This document shows positions 19,311 through 28,681 of a DNA stretch of 64,000 nucleotides, piece after piece. A program made the translations under genes and the position numbers. The notes beneath the pieces were generated by a model that saw only the letters and a list, made by a program, of their open reading frames with translations, was not told where the DNA came from and did not search any database. Source of the DNA: a bacterium (lineage in GTDB: Bacteria; Patescibacteriota; Saccharimonadia; Saccharimonadales; UBA4665); contig JAJXTN010000004.1 of assembly GCA_021783725.1 (NCBI GenBank), forward strand, positions 12,178-76,177. Direction: 5' to 3'. Each line of letters begins with the position of its first letter. Within the stretch, counting starts at the first letter, position 1.

Positions 19311-19928
19311 ATGCAACCGACAGCACCCAACCTAACACCTCCGGCACCCCAGCCCAACTATGACTTCATCATCAACCCCAATAAACCATCGAGCGGTATG
19401 TCATTCAATGGTTTTAAGTCTCTGCCGGCCCGAATTGTTTTAATAGCCGGGGGGCTATTAGTTTTGTTAGTGTTGTTTGTGGTGATAAAAGGCCTGTTGG
19501 GCGGAAGTAGTAATGCTTCGGCGATGACGACTGTCGTTCAAGAACAACAAGCTTTAATCCATATAACCACCATAGCAACTACTCAACCCGGCACCAATAC
19601 AACGACCCAGAACTCAGTGGCCACAGTCCTATCAAGTGTATCCAGCGCTCAAAGTCAACTGTTGGCCTATCTCAGAAGTAATAATCAATCGGTTTCTAAA
19701 TCTGTACTAAATCAAAGAGTTAGCACGACTACCGATGCCCAACTTACTACCGCCGCCTCGGCCGGCACCTACGACAGCACTTATAAAACCATCGTCCTAG
19801 CCATTCTCAACAATTACATCAACGCCCTAAAAACAGCCTATAACCAAACTAAAGGCCCCAAAGGCCAAGCTTTACTGAACGACGACTACAATAGCGCCCA
19901 ACTGCTATTGCGACAGCTATCGACGTAG
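19311..19928 (+). CDS. membrane-anchored hypothetical protein
   Basis: A Pro-rich N-terminus, a single TM (IVLIAGGLLVLLVLFVVI) and a Thr/Ser-rich ectodomain. Confidence 0.5.
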   Translation: MQPTAPNLTPPAPQPNYDFIINPNKPSSGMSFNGFKSLPARIVLIAGGLLVLLVLFVVIKGLLGGSSNASAMTTVVQEQQALIHITTIATTQPGTNTTTQNSVATVLSSVSSAQSQLLAYLRSNNQSVSKSVLNQRVSTTTDAQLTTAASAGTYDSTYKTIVLAILNNYINALKTAYNQTKGPKGQALLNDDYNSAQLLLRQLST

Positions 19929-19949
19929 TCAGTAGTCAGTAACTATTTT

Positions 19950-19977
19950 CCTACAGCCTACTTTCTACTGTCTACTC
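19950..19977. repeat. heptamer array (CCTACAG CCTACTT TCTACTG TCTACTC)
   Basis: Four units with 7-nt periodicity, immediately left of element copy B. Confidence 0.7.
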
Positions 19978-19984
19978 CCGCTCT

Positions 19985-20075
19985 GTCATCCCGACTGAAA
20001 TGGAGGGAACTATTAAACTATCCGACTATGAGACTATCCGACTTTATATAGATCTCTCGACTAGCTCGAGATGAC
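19985..20075. repeat. GTCAT...ATGAC double-hairpin element (copy B)
   Basis: GTCATCCCGACTGAAATGGAGGGAAC ... GATCTCTCGACTAGCTCGAGATGAC. Confidence 0.85.
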
Positions 20076-20077
20076 AT

Positions 20078-20105
20078 GTCTACGGTCTACTTGCTACAGT
20101 CTACT
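20078..20105. repeat. heptamer array (GTCTACG GTCTACT TGCTACA GTCTACT)
   Basis: Four units immediately right of copy B. The array overlaps the stop codon of the YjbR-like gene. Confidence 0.7.
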
Positions 20106-20436
20106 GGTTAAGTTTGTGTTCGCCAGTAACCAACAAATAACTATGCCGAATTAGCCCCTGGACCTCTTCCCAGTCCGGAAGACCACTGAGTATAACTGTA
20201 ATCCAGTGCTTTTTGTTCAAATGATAGCCTGGCATAACCGTGTCATACTTGGCTTTGAGCACTTCACTAAGCTGTGGATCGCATTTCAGACTCAGTCTAA
20301 TAGGCTGTTTGCCTTCGGCGATTAAAGCGAACATTTTATCGGAAACTTTGTAGACAGCCACCTCTTCACCGAACGGATAATCGAGCTTGGCGTTCGGCAT
20401 ACTTAGCAAATATTCTTCAACTGTTTTGTGATCCAT
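20101..20436 (-). CDS. MmcQ/YjbR-family DNA-binding protein
   Basis: The pattern ...LDYPFGEEVAVYKV.DKMFALI... LSLKCDP ... PGYHLNKKHWITV is typical of the YjbR family. Confidence 0.75.
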   Translation of the reverse strand: MDHKTVEEYLLSMPNAKLDYPFGEEVAVYKVSDKMFALIAEGKQPIRLSLKCDPQLSEVLKAKYDTVMPGYHLNKKHWITVILSGLPDWEEVQGLIRHSYLLVTGEHKLNQ

Positions 20437-20437
20437 A

Positions 20438-20995
20438 CTAGTTCAGCGACTTCTTAAACCATTCTAGATAATTCTGAAGCTCTGCAATCGAAGCTTGAAT
20501 GTCATCAAACGCCCGGTGAACTTCTTTCTTCTCGAACTCAACGCCATATTTGCCCTGCATAACTATTTTGAAACTGCTAACATCAAGCATACGATAGTGT
20601 AATTTCAGATCAAATTGTGGCCACCATTGCTTGATGAAATTACGATCATTATGAATACTGTTGCCGGCCAGTATAGCTGGTTCACTACCAAAATGCTGTT
20701 CAAGTAATTGAATAAGCTCTTGTTCAACTTGGTCACTGGGCTTTCCGTAGTCCAAATTATTCACAAATTGATCCCGATTAGCCGGATAATCAGCCCACCA
20801 TATGTTTTTTTGCATTCGCTCAACGACTACTTCGCGCGGTTGCTTAATGACCGCTTCGTAGCTAGCTAAAGTTTGAAAGTCGAAATCAGTAATCTCTGCC
20901 GCCACTTCCAATATAACGTCCTGTTCGGCATCGAGACCGGTCATCTCCAAATCAACCCATAACAACTTGGTTGGGATGGCGTGTTTATCTATCAT
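20438..20995 (-). CDS. orn: oligoribonuclease
   Basis: LLWVDLEMTGLD (ExoI), GNSIHNDRNFI (ExoII) and HRAFDDIQASIAEL (ExoIII) align with E. coli Orn. Confidence 0.85.
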   Translation of the reverse strand: MIDKHAIPTKLLWVDLEMTGLDAEQDVILEVAAEITDFDFQTLASYEAVIKQPREVVVERMQKNIWWADYPANRDQFVNNLDYGKPSDQVEQELIQLLEQHFGSEPAILAGNSIHNDRNFIKQWWPQFDLKLHYRMLDVSSFKIVMQGKYGVEFEKKEVHRAFDDIQASIAELQNYLEWFKKSLN

Positions 20996-21148
20996 TACGG
21001 CAATTATATAGCAACTAGGAAGTAGAAAGTAGCAGTTAGCGAATTCCGATTAGCAATGACTTAGCAAGTACCAATTATCCAGTTATTCGCTAAATGGAAA
21101 AAGCCAATACATGGTCATTTGCCAATCGTGAATTGCTAATATATGTTT

Positions 21149-21733
21149 TTAAGTTTTGGATCGGGCTTCACTAAGGGCATCACTGTACCATTTGAGCTCT
21201 TCTAAAGTAGCAGTTAATGCTCCTTGGGGGCCATAAGATTCAGCTTTGACTACTGGATCTAAGACACCATTGTCATCAATGCTCTGGCTGGCACCAGCGA
21301 AAGCTACAGCCTTCGGGATTATAGCGGCTTGAGATTCACTCAAAATTTCCTTTAAGTGCATGATGGCTCGTGCACCGCCAACCGTTCCATGTCCTACAAC
21401 TGTTGCTGGCTTTTTGACTAATTCAAAAGTGACATAATCTAAGGCGTTCTTCAGTACACCAGATATAGAGTGATTGTATTCGGGTGTAACAAAAACATAG
21501 GCATCAGCTTCGGCTAATTTGCTAACCCATTTACCGGCTTCAGGGTTTATTTGGCGATCTGGATTATAACGTGGTGACATTGGCTCGTCCAAGAATGGCA
21601 ATTGATAATCAGCCAAATCGACCAGTTCGACAGAAGTATCAGCTAAAAGACTGGCTTCACCAGCTACCCATTTAGCTAATTTTTCCGTTACTCGGTTAGG
21701 CCGTGTACTGCCAATTATGACTTGTAGTTTCAT
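21149..21733 (-). CDS. NAD(P)H-dependent FMN reductase family oxidoreductase
   Basis: MKLQVIIGSTRPNRV...FVTPEYNHSISGVLKNALD. It is divergent from an HxlR regulator. Confidence 0.8.
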   Translation of the reverse strand: MKLQVIIGSTRPNRVTEKLAKWVAGEASLLADTSVELVDLADYQLPFLDEPMSPRYNPDRQINPEAGKWVSKLAEADAYVFVTPEYNHSISGVLKNALDYVTFELVKKPATVVGHGTVGGARAIMHLKEILSESQAAIIPKAVAFAGASQSIDDNGVLDPVVKAESYGPQGALTATLEELKWYSDALSEARSKT

Positions 21734-21810
21734 GTTTTTTCTCCTTTTATGATATACTTTGTATAGTTAACATTAAATAAGTATAGAGCCATTACTATAC
21801 ATTGTAAAGT

Positions 21811-22158
21811 ATGAAATTATCTCCTTCTAAAAAAAGCCTTGAACCGAAAGTTGGCTGTATCGCTAGCGCTATGGAAATAGTTGGTAATAAATGGACGGCA
21901 TTGATCATTCGCGACCTATTCGAAGGTAGTAAACGTTTCGGCGAACTGGAAATATCAGTTGGCAATATTAATCCTCGCACTCTCAGCCAACGCCTTGATG
22001 ACCTAGAGAATCACGGCATCATCACCAAAAAGTCTTACTCGGAAGTTCCGCCACGGGTCGAATACACGCTAACCCGTAAAGGGCGCGATTTATTGCCGAT
22101 CATTGAACAGATGGCTACTTGGGGCACTAAGTATTACGACCAGCCAGACTGCGCCTAG
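21811..22158 (+). CDS. HxlR-family transcriptional regulator
   Basis: C..A..IVGNKWTALIIRDLFEGSKRFGELE...NPRTLSQRLDDLENHGII. Confidence 0.85.
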   Translation: MKLSPSKKSLEPKVGCIASAMEIVGNKWTALIIRDLFEGSKRFGELEISVGNINPRTLSQRLDDLENHGIITKKSYSEVPPRVEYTLTRKGRDLLPIIEQMATWGTKYYDQPDCA

Positions 22159-22204
22159 ATAAAGAATCTAGCAAGTAATTTCCTACTGTCTAAATATGCT
22201 CGCT

Positions 22205-22282
22205 GTCATCTTGAGCGGAACGTGAGTGAAGTCGAAAGATCTGTTGTATATTCCATGGATCTCTCGACAAGCTCGAGATGAC
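22205..22282. repeat. GTCAT...ATGAC double-hairpin element (copy C), flanked by the 11-nt direct repeat CTACTGTCTAA
   Basis: GTCATCTTGAGCGGAACG... ...GATCTCTCGACAAGCTCGAGATGAC. The direct repeats lie at 22183-22193 and 22287-22297. Confidence 0.85.
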
Positions 22283-22293
22283 AAGGCTACTGT

Positions 22294-22707
22294 CTAACTG
22301 TCCTCGGGTTCAGTTTCTTGGGGCATGAATTGCAGACAGGAAGAATTGATACAGTACCTTTTGCCAGTTGGTTGGTCAACAGCATCTTCGAACATATGGC
22401 CTAGATGACTACCGCAGTTAACACAAGCTACCTCGGTGCGAACCATACCGTGGCTTTTATCTTCAACTAATTTTATAGCCGTGGTGTTAGCCGGGTCATA
22501 GAAACTAGGCCAGCCACTACCACTTTCAAACTTGGTGTCGCTTTTGAAAACCACTGCCCCACAAGCACCACACACGAAGTCACCACTGCCATGCTCATTC
22601 AATAATTTACCGGTGAAAGGCGCTTCGGTAGCTTTCTGGCGCAAACTAGCATATTGCTCAGGAGTGAGCTTCTGTTTCCATTCGTCATCAGATAACTGCA
22701 TGGTCAT
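22294..22707 (-). CDS. msrB: peptide-methionine (R)-S-oxide reductase
   Basis: CxxC ... CxxC zinc site and the catalytic motif RYCINSSCL. Confidence 0.93.
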   Translation of the reverse strand: MTMQLSDDEWKQKLTPEQYASLRQKATEAPFTGKLLNEHGSGDFVCGACGAVVFKSDTKFESGSGWPSFYDPANTTAIKLVEDKSHGMVRTEVACVNCGSHLGHMFEDAVDQPTGKRYCINSSCLQFMPQETEPEDS

Positions 22708-22710
22708 AAG

Positions 22711-23163
22711 CTATTTCTTGTCTTTCGGCTTATCGAGCTTATCGAGCTTCAGGAATTTAATAATCACATATATAACCAGCAGGATGAATAAGAAGTTGAT
22801 CACGGCATAAACAAATATTCCCCAACCAAAAACGGCAACTTTACCGTTTAAGTGCAGTTCGAAAGTTCTTTGGCTTAATGTCTGGCCGAACAACAACTGA
22901 AACAGCGGATCTATAAAACTCGAGATTAACTGCTTCACGACAACTTGAACTTGAGTACCGATAACAAAACCGATCGCCAAGCCGACTATGGCGTTTTCGC
23001 GCAAAAAGCCGACAAAACCGCTGGCCGGATTGACCGTCGTGACAATCGTAGTAGTCGTCCGGCGTTGATTGCGACGATTACTTTTCGGTTCTTCCATGCG
23101 CAAATTAATGCCGGAAATTACCTGCTGTGATTGTGGTGCTCGTCGATTGTATTTGTCGGTCAT
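22711..23163 (-). CDS. mscL: large-conductance mechanosensitive channel with a basic N-terminal extension
   Basis: GFVGFLRENAIVGLAIGFVIGTQVQVVVKQLISSFIDPL is the MscL TM1 region. The start codon is uncertain. Confidence 0.8.
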   Translation of the reverse strand: MTDKYNRRAPQSQQVISGINLRMEEPKSNRRNQRRTTTTIVTTVNPASGFVGFLRENAIVGLAIGFVIGTQVQVVVKQLISSFIDPLFQLLFGQTLSQRTFELHLNGKVAVFGWGIFVYAVINFLFILLVIYVIIKFLKLDKLDKPKDKK

Positions 23164-23202
23164 TGATTTATGATAGCCTCTGACATAACTTGGGACAACC
23201 AG

Positions 23203-25008
23203 CTACATTGTCTCGGGTGCGTTAATGCCTAACAATTCTAAGCCAGTTTTAAGCCGCTGAGCGTACAACTCGACCAGTTTTAACCGAATTGCCTGGCGAT
23301 CGTCACCAACTACTCGATTATGCTCATAGAAACGATTAAAATTTTGAGCTAATTCATACAAATAAGTGGCGATGTAGTGAGGCATCAGTTCATTGACAGC
23401 TTTATCAAATACTTCGGGGAATTCACTGATTTTGCGAGCCAGACTACGCTCGCCAGGCTCAAAAGTCACATTTAGCCCAGTCTCGGCTTTTGATGGGCTA
23501 GAATCCGTCGGCACGCTATTCGACGGAGTGATGTTGCTCACGACAGGCATATCTTGATTGGATTCCAAATCAAGTTTGGAATGACTTGGAGAGTTTTCGG
23601 CTTTGCGTAAAATACTGCGGGCCCGAGCATGCGCATACTGCAAATATGGGCCGCTATTGCCTTCGATGCTAACCGATTCCTCGGGGTCATAAATGATGTC
23701 ACCGCCGGTACGCTGTTTCAAAAATGCGTACTTAACAGCTGAGTTCGACACTTGATCGTTAGTCTGGGCATTGATTTTCTCAGACGCGACTTTGGCGGCA
23801 TCCAGTACATCATTAGCCAACAAGAAATTACCCTTACGCGAACTCATTTTCACCCCACCAGCCAGCTTAATTTGGCCATGAGTAATATGTTTGGTGCGTG
23901 GTGGCAGTTCCGGCTGGAATTGCTCAATGCTTTTGAGCACAACTTTCATATACTCGACAATATCATTACCAGTGACAATGACCGATGTATCGAAAGCGTA
24001 ATCCTGCCATTTCTTCATGATTAAACCGACGTCTTTGGCTTCATAAGTTGGCAAACCAGCCGAATTGATAAATACCCGAGTGTGTAAGCCATATGGTTCA
24101 CCACGAAATATTACGGCACCGTCACTGACCTCATAAACCCCTTTGGCTAGTTGTTGTTTGACGGTATCGATACCAAGTTGAGCGGTTTCGCTTTCAGGAT
24201 AATATTTCTCAAAGGCGGTTACGCCAAGTCGTTCATAGAATAAATTGAAATAGTCATAACTCCATTGTCGGCAAGTCCAGTAGACATAGGCAAAATCGCT
24301 ATCTTTATCACCACTAGTTTGTGTTTCGTAGACCCGTTTATTGATAGAAACGATTTCGGTTTTGGCCACTTCATCTTCGTCATAAGCACTGCTACCATCT
24401 ACATATCGAGCCGCCATGAAAGCCGCTTTTTCATCAAGCGATTCGGTCGACATCGATTGAATATGCTGTTTGGCGGCGACCTCATCAACTTGGCCTTGAC
24501 CGTCATATTTCAAAATGCCCCACATCGCTTTACCAACATGAAGACCAACGTCACCACCAAAGTTAACTCGGTGCACGTTGCCACCAGCGGTCTCTAGCAA
24601 ATTGGCAATCGCGTTGCCGACAATCGTCGTATATAAATGACCAGCATGTAAAACTTTGAAAGGGTTGGGATCAGAATACTCGGCGACGATAGTTTGGTCT
24701 TTTAACGACCGCGATAATTCGCTATACATTGCCTGATTTATGCTGGTATCGTTCAATGTCAGATTAATGAAACCGGGGCCAGCGATGTCGATGGCACTCA
24801 GTTTATCAGCCAGCTTGGTTTGTAAGACTGACGTTAATTCTTCGGCTACCTGTCTAGGGTTTTTACTGACCGACTTGGCTAACTGGAGAGCGACGTTAGT
24901 CGCGTAATCACCAAACTTTTCTTCAGGACGAGTTAATTCAATTACTACTTTTTGACCGAATAAATCTTCGGCAACTTCAGCAATCACATTCTCCAAATCT
25001 TTCTGCAT
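23203..25008 (-). CDS. argS: arginine--tRNA ligase
   Basis: HAGHLYTTIVG (HIGH), KMSSRKG (KMSKS-like) and the C-terminal anticodon-binding DALR-type region. It contains a repeat-derived insert (see findings). Confidence 0.93.
   Translation of the reverse strand: MQKDLENVIAEVAEDLFGQKVVIELTRPEEKFGDYATNVALQLAKSVSKNPRQVAEELTSVLQTKLADKLSAIDIAGPGFINLTLNDTSINQAMYSELSRSLKDQTIVAEYSDPNPFKVLHAGHLYTTIVGNAIANLLETAGGNVHRVNFGGDVGLHVGKAMWGILKYDGQGQVDEVAAKQHIQSMSTESLDEKAAFMAARYVDGSSAYDEDEVAKTEIVSINKRVYETQTSGDKDSDFAYVYWTCRQWSYDYFNLFYERLGVTAFEKYYPESETAQLGIDTVKQQLAKGVYEVSDGAVIFRGEPYGLHTRVFINSAGLPTYEAKDVGLIMKKWQDYAFDTSVIVTGNDIVEYMKVVLKSIEQFQPELPPRTKHITHGQIKLAGGVKMSSRKGNFLLANDVLDAAKVASEKINAQTNDQVSNSAVKYAFLKQRTGGDIIYDPEESVSIEGNSGPYLQYAHARARSILRKAENSPSHSKLDLESNQDMPVVSNITPSNSVPTDSSPSKAETGLNVTFEPGERSLARKISEFPEVFDKAVNELMPHYIATYLYELAQNFNRFYEHNRVVGDDRQAIRLKLVELYAQRLKTGLELLGINAPETM
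23465..23585. repeat. GTCAC...ATGAC double-hairpin element embedded in the argS coding sequence
   Basis: ...GATTCCAAATCAAGTTTGGAATGAC (23561-23585) matches the intergenic unit AGATTCCAGATCAAGTCTGGAATGAC, with a compensatory G:C to A:T change in the stem. A second hairpin, TAGCCCA...TGGGCTA, lies at the other end. Confidence 0.8.
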
Positions 25009-25070
25009 ACAGCTAGTATATAGCTGAACTTATCAGATTAACAGAGGCAGAACAGAATATTACCACTTAA

Positions 25071-25223
25071 CTAATGAATGCCGGCAATTTTATCGGCATT
25101 ATTGGCTACGTATTGATAGCTGGCATTCAAATTTTGAGTTTGCTGTAGCACGATATCGGTAGTATGGGTCAGTAGCAGATAATAGCCCCCGACTATTACC
25201 CCCAACACTAACAATAATTTCAT
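25071..25223 (-). CDS. possible 50-aa membrane peptide
   Basis: Manual translation gives MKLLLVLGVIVGGYYLLLTHTTDIVLQQTQNLNASYQYVANNADKIAGIH. It falls below the ORF-track cutoff and has a single hydrophobic N-terminus. Confidence 0.3.
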   Translation of the reverse strand: MKLLLVLGVIVGGYYLLLTHTTDIVLQQTQNLNASYQYVANNADKIAGIH

Positions 25224-25299
25224 AAACATATTTAATCAGGCTTTGGCGACTTTTAAAATAGGCTTAAGCGTAAAAGTTAGGGTTGCAGCTATGTTTAGA

Positions 25300-26331
25300 T
25301 TAGTCTTCTAGGGTCTTTTTGAATTTTTCAATCAAATCTACCGGTGTCGGGTTGATGCCATTGAGTAGCGCTGTATAGATGCTGACGAAATCCCCAAGAG
25401 CGATCGTCCACAGCAGTTGCTCAAGTAAATCTTGCCCTTGGGCCTCAACGACAATCGGGTCTGGTCGCTTGCCAGACAACAGTCTAGCGCTAACCTCAAA
25501 TCGTTTCTGGACTCGAGGGTGCTCGAGCGAACTACGCAAATCAATCACTGCATAAGGCTTATCGACAGGTTGTTCGGTCCATCCGATAAATTCATTATGA
25601 TTGAATTCTGGGTACTGATTAGCCCAAGCAATGTGCTTGGCATTTTCGTTGAAACTAATTTTCCACTTGTAAGCGGCTGGCCATAGCTTAGGACCACCAT
25701 AAACTACTACAGATTTACCAATAACATCTAAAGCAATCTGTTTGGCCTGATTGTTGGCTGTAGGCACGGTTGGTAACCAGTCAGCTAACGACTGTTTGAG
25801 GAATTCAGCTTTGGACGCCAACTGCTGAGCTGAACCGTTAGACAAGCCTAGAATATCAGTAGCCGTCAGCAGGGCTTTCAGACTGTAAAGGACGGCGTGT
25901 CGTGGTTGTAGACCCTCTGGTAACAGCAATAACGGATAGCCTTTCTGACGGGCAATCTCAGCTAATTTGCCGCCGCTGGTAATGACTATGATTCCAGCTT
26001 GTTTGGCTTCGGCCTGCTCGATGGCGCTGAGTGTTTCTTCGGTGTTGCCAGAGTAACTTGAAGCGAAAAATAGCGTGTCGCTATCGACATAAGCAGGAAT
26101 GTCATAATTACGCGATATCTCAAACGGCTTATTGAAGCCCGGCCAACTCTGGGCTATTAAAGCCCCTAAAGCTGAACCCCCCATGCCGCCAAATACCACT
26201 CGTTGAATTGATTCGCTGGGAGTAGTCAAGTCTAAAGGATATTCCTGCTGAATCTGTTGCCATTGTTTCTCGGCAACTCCTAGAGCATCTTGGGCGTCAC
26301 GTTCATGAATCAACTTCAAATCATCTAACAT
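25300..26331 (-). CDS. bifunctional phosphoglucose/phosphomannose isomerase family (SIS domain)
   Basis: GGMGGSALGALIA ... SYSGNTEETL ... and a C-terminal PGI/PMI-type domain. Confidence 0.75.
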   Translation of the reverse strand: MLDDLKLIHERDAQDALGVAEKQWQQIQQEYPLDLTTPSESIQRVVFGGMGGSALGALIAQSWPGFNKPFEISRNYDIPAYVDSDTLFFASSYSGNTEETLSAIEQAEAKQAGIIVITSGGKLAEIARQKGYPLLLLPEGLQPRHAVLYSLKALLTATDILGLSNGSAQQLASKAEFLKQSLADWLPTVPTANNQAKQIALDVIGKSVVVYGGPKLWPAAYKWKISFNENAKHIAWANQYPEFNHNEFIGWTEQPVDKPYAVIDLRSSLEHPRVQKRFEVSARLLSGKRPDPIVVEAQGQDLLEQLLWTIALGDFVSIYTALLNGINPTPVDLIEKFKKTLED

Positions 26332-26405
26332 ACAGTTTCTCCTTATGACATTTATTGATTGGTCGTATATAGTATATCGTAACCATTAGTACTTAGGGGG
26401 GGGAC

Positions 26406-26927
26406 ATGTTTGGACATCAAGACGATATATCAATGCAGCCTCAAGCCGTAGCTGATTTAACTACTGGACCAGTTGATGAAGAACCGGCTATAAATTTACC
26501 AACCGCCAATCCCGCTCCAGCTGATGATCAAGCGGTCGCCAACAACCAAAATTGGCAACATCCGGGCGCTCCCATAGACCCAGCCCAACCAGTCGCTCCA
26601 ACCGCTCCAACGACTTTAGCCGATGCTGATTTACCGGCAGTTACCCCTAAAAACGATAATCAGCCAAATGCCGCCAACGATTTGATCGACATCAAACAGC
26701 GAGCCTTAAGCGAACTTTCACCTCTAGTAAATCATCTCGATCAATCACCCGAAGACAAGTTTCGAACAATGTTAATGATGATTCAGGCCAGCGATGACCA
26801 AAGCTTGATCAAGTCAGCTTACGAAACCGCCCAATCAATTAGTAATGAAAAAGCTCGAGCCAAAGCTCTACTCGACATCATCAACGAAATAAACTATTTC
26901 ACCCAAAACTCCACCGACAAAAAATAA
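26406..26927 (+). CDS. hypothetical protein (Pro/Ala-rich N-terminus, helical C-terminus)
   Basis: ORF with a plausible terminator downstream. I recognise no family. Confidence 0.45.
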   Translation: MFGHQDDISMQPQAVADLTTGPVDEEPAINLPTANPAPADDQAVANNQNWQHPGAPIDPAQPVAPTAPTTLADADLPAVTPKNDNQPNAANDLIDIKQRALSELSPLVNHLDQSPEDKFRTMLMMIQASDDQSLIKSAYETAQSISNEKARAKALLDIINEINYFTQNSTDKK

Positions 26928-26943
26928 CATTTATAAAATATAA

Positions 26944-26976
26944 ATAACTTGGGATTCATTCCCAGGTTATTTTTTC
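26944..26976 (+). terminator. rho-independent terminator
   Basis: ATAACTTGGGA-ttcat-TCCCAGGTTAT followed by a T-run. Confidence 0.7.
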
Positions 26977-27032
26977 CTATTTCAGGAAGAGCAGCGAAGC
27001 GATGAGGAACCCGATTGGGGTTCCTCATATTC

Positions 27033-28673
27033 TTACATCATCCCGCCCATTCCGCCCATATCCGGCATGTTAGCCTTTTCGGCTACCGGCACATCAACCA
27101 CCAAAGCACCCATCGTACTAGCCGTAGCGGCTATACTGACGGCATTCTGCAAAGCTTCTTTGGTAACTCGAGTTGGGTCAATGACTCCTACCGACTTCAG
27201 ATCAACCAGTTTAACTGGATTACTGACGTCTACCCCCTGCCCAGGCTTGGCGGCCCGAACTTTTGGTAACCATTCGTCAGGATTGAGACCTGCATTGCTA
27301 AGCAATATGCGGAATGGTTGTTCGAGAGCGTTCTTGAGAATTTGAGCACCAGCCGTAATCGAATCAGCTCCCTCTAGCTTAATGTCGTCGGCCAAGTTGA
27401 CGAGCGTTACGCCACCACCAGCGACGATACCTTCGTCAAGTGCCGCTTTGACAGCGTGGACTGCGTCATCGACACGGAATTTTTTCTCTTCAATCTCAGT
27501 TTCGGTAGCACCACCGACTTTGATGACAGCAACTTTGCCAGACAAAGCCGCTTGGCGGCCTTTAAGTTGATCTTTTTCGTAATCACTATCGGACTGAGTC
27601 GCCTGGCTTTCGATAAGTTTGATCCGAGCTTTCAAATCACTAGCCTTACCGCCACCTTCAATAATCGTCGTTTCATCCTTATTAACGATAACTTTACGAG
27701 CCGAACCGACGACGTCCAAGTCGACATTTTCGAAAGTCATACCGCGGTCTTCAGTGATGACCTGAGCTCCAGTCAGAATGGCGATATCGTTCAAAATGTC
27801 CTTACGCCGATCGCCGTAAGATGGAGTTTTGATAGCGACAGTATTAAACACGCTCTTCAAGCGGTTCAAAATCAACGTACCCAACGCTTCACCTTCAACA
27901 TCTTCAGCAATCAAAACTAAATCTTTTTTGCCAGATTGAGCTAACTTTTCGAGTAGCGGCAAAAACTCCTGCAAACTACTGATTTTTTTGTCGGTAATAA
28001 CGATAGCTGGTTTGTCATAGACAGCTTCCATACGAGCCGTGTCGGTCACCATGTAAGGGCTGACAAATCCACGATCAAATGTAAAACCTTCGACAACTTC
28101 CGACTCGAGCAGTAGTCCCTGCCCGGCCTCAACCGTCACTACACCATCCTTGCCAACCTTATCAATCACATCGGCTATCAATTTACCGATTTCGTCATCA
28201 CCAGCGGAAATCGTTGCCACTTCAGCCACTCGTGACTTCTTGCCTTGTATATCTTCCGATAGTGTCGACAATTTCTTAATCACATCGTGGCCGGCGGCTT
28301 CGAGCCCTTTGCGTAATTGCATAGGGTTGTGGCCGGCGGCGATTAATTTATTAGCTTCATTGAGAATGTGATAAGTCAGAACCGTTACCGTCGTTGTTCC
28401 GTCACCGGCGACATCATTCATTTTGCTGGCGGCTTGCTTGATTAACTCAGCGCCGACTTTATAACCCAGAGTTTCGTCATCGACATCAGCCAGATCGACA
28501 CCCTTAGCTACCGTTACACCGTCATGGGTGACGGTTGGAGCGCCAAAACCTTTGCTGATGACAACGTTGCGACCTTTAGGCCCCATCGTGGTCTTAACAG
28601 CGTTATATAAAATCTCCGCCCCGCCAAGCACGCGCTTGCGGGCATCATCATCATAAAATACTTTCTTAGCCAT
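27033..28673 (-). CDS. groEL: chaperonin GroEL
   Basis: 546 aa, with AGDGTTTVTVL and a GGM-type C-terminal tail. Confidence 0.97.
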   Translation of the reverse strand: MAKKVFYDDDARKRVLGGAEILYNAVKTTMGPKGRNVVISKGFGAPTVTHDGVTVAKGVDLADVDDETLGYKVGAELIKQAASKMNDVAGDGTTTVTVLTYHILNEANKLIAAGHNPMQLRKGLEAAGHDVIKKLSTLSEDIQGKKSRVAEVATISAGDDEIGKLIADVIDKVGKDGVVTVEAGQGLLLESEVVEGFTFDRGFVSPYMVTDTARMEAVYDKPAIVITDKKISSLQEFLPLLEKLAQSGKKDLVLIAEDVEGEALGTLILNRLKSVFNTVAIKTPSYGDRRKDILNDIAILTGAQVITEDRGMTFENVDLDVVGSARKVIVNKDETTIIEGGGKASDLKARIKLIESQATQSDSDYEKDQLKGRQAALSGKVAVIKVGGATETEIEEKKFRVDDAVHAVKAALDEGIVAGGGVTLVNLADDIKLEGADSITAGAQILKNALEQPFRILLSNAGLNPDEWLPKVRAAKPGQGVDVSNPVKLVDLKSVGVIDPTRVTKEALQNAVSIAATASTMGALVVDVPVAEKANMPDMGGMGGMM

Positions 28674-28681
28674 ATTTCCTC

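Noticed and set aside
27456-27920. 154-aa ORF and several 60-90-aa ORFs antisense to groEL.
   Set aside because: They are embedded in groEL on the opposite strand and have no motifs. They look like typical shadow ORFs.
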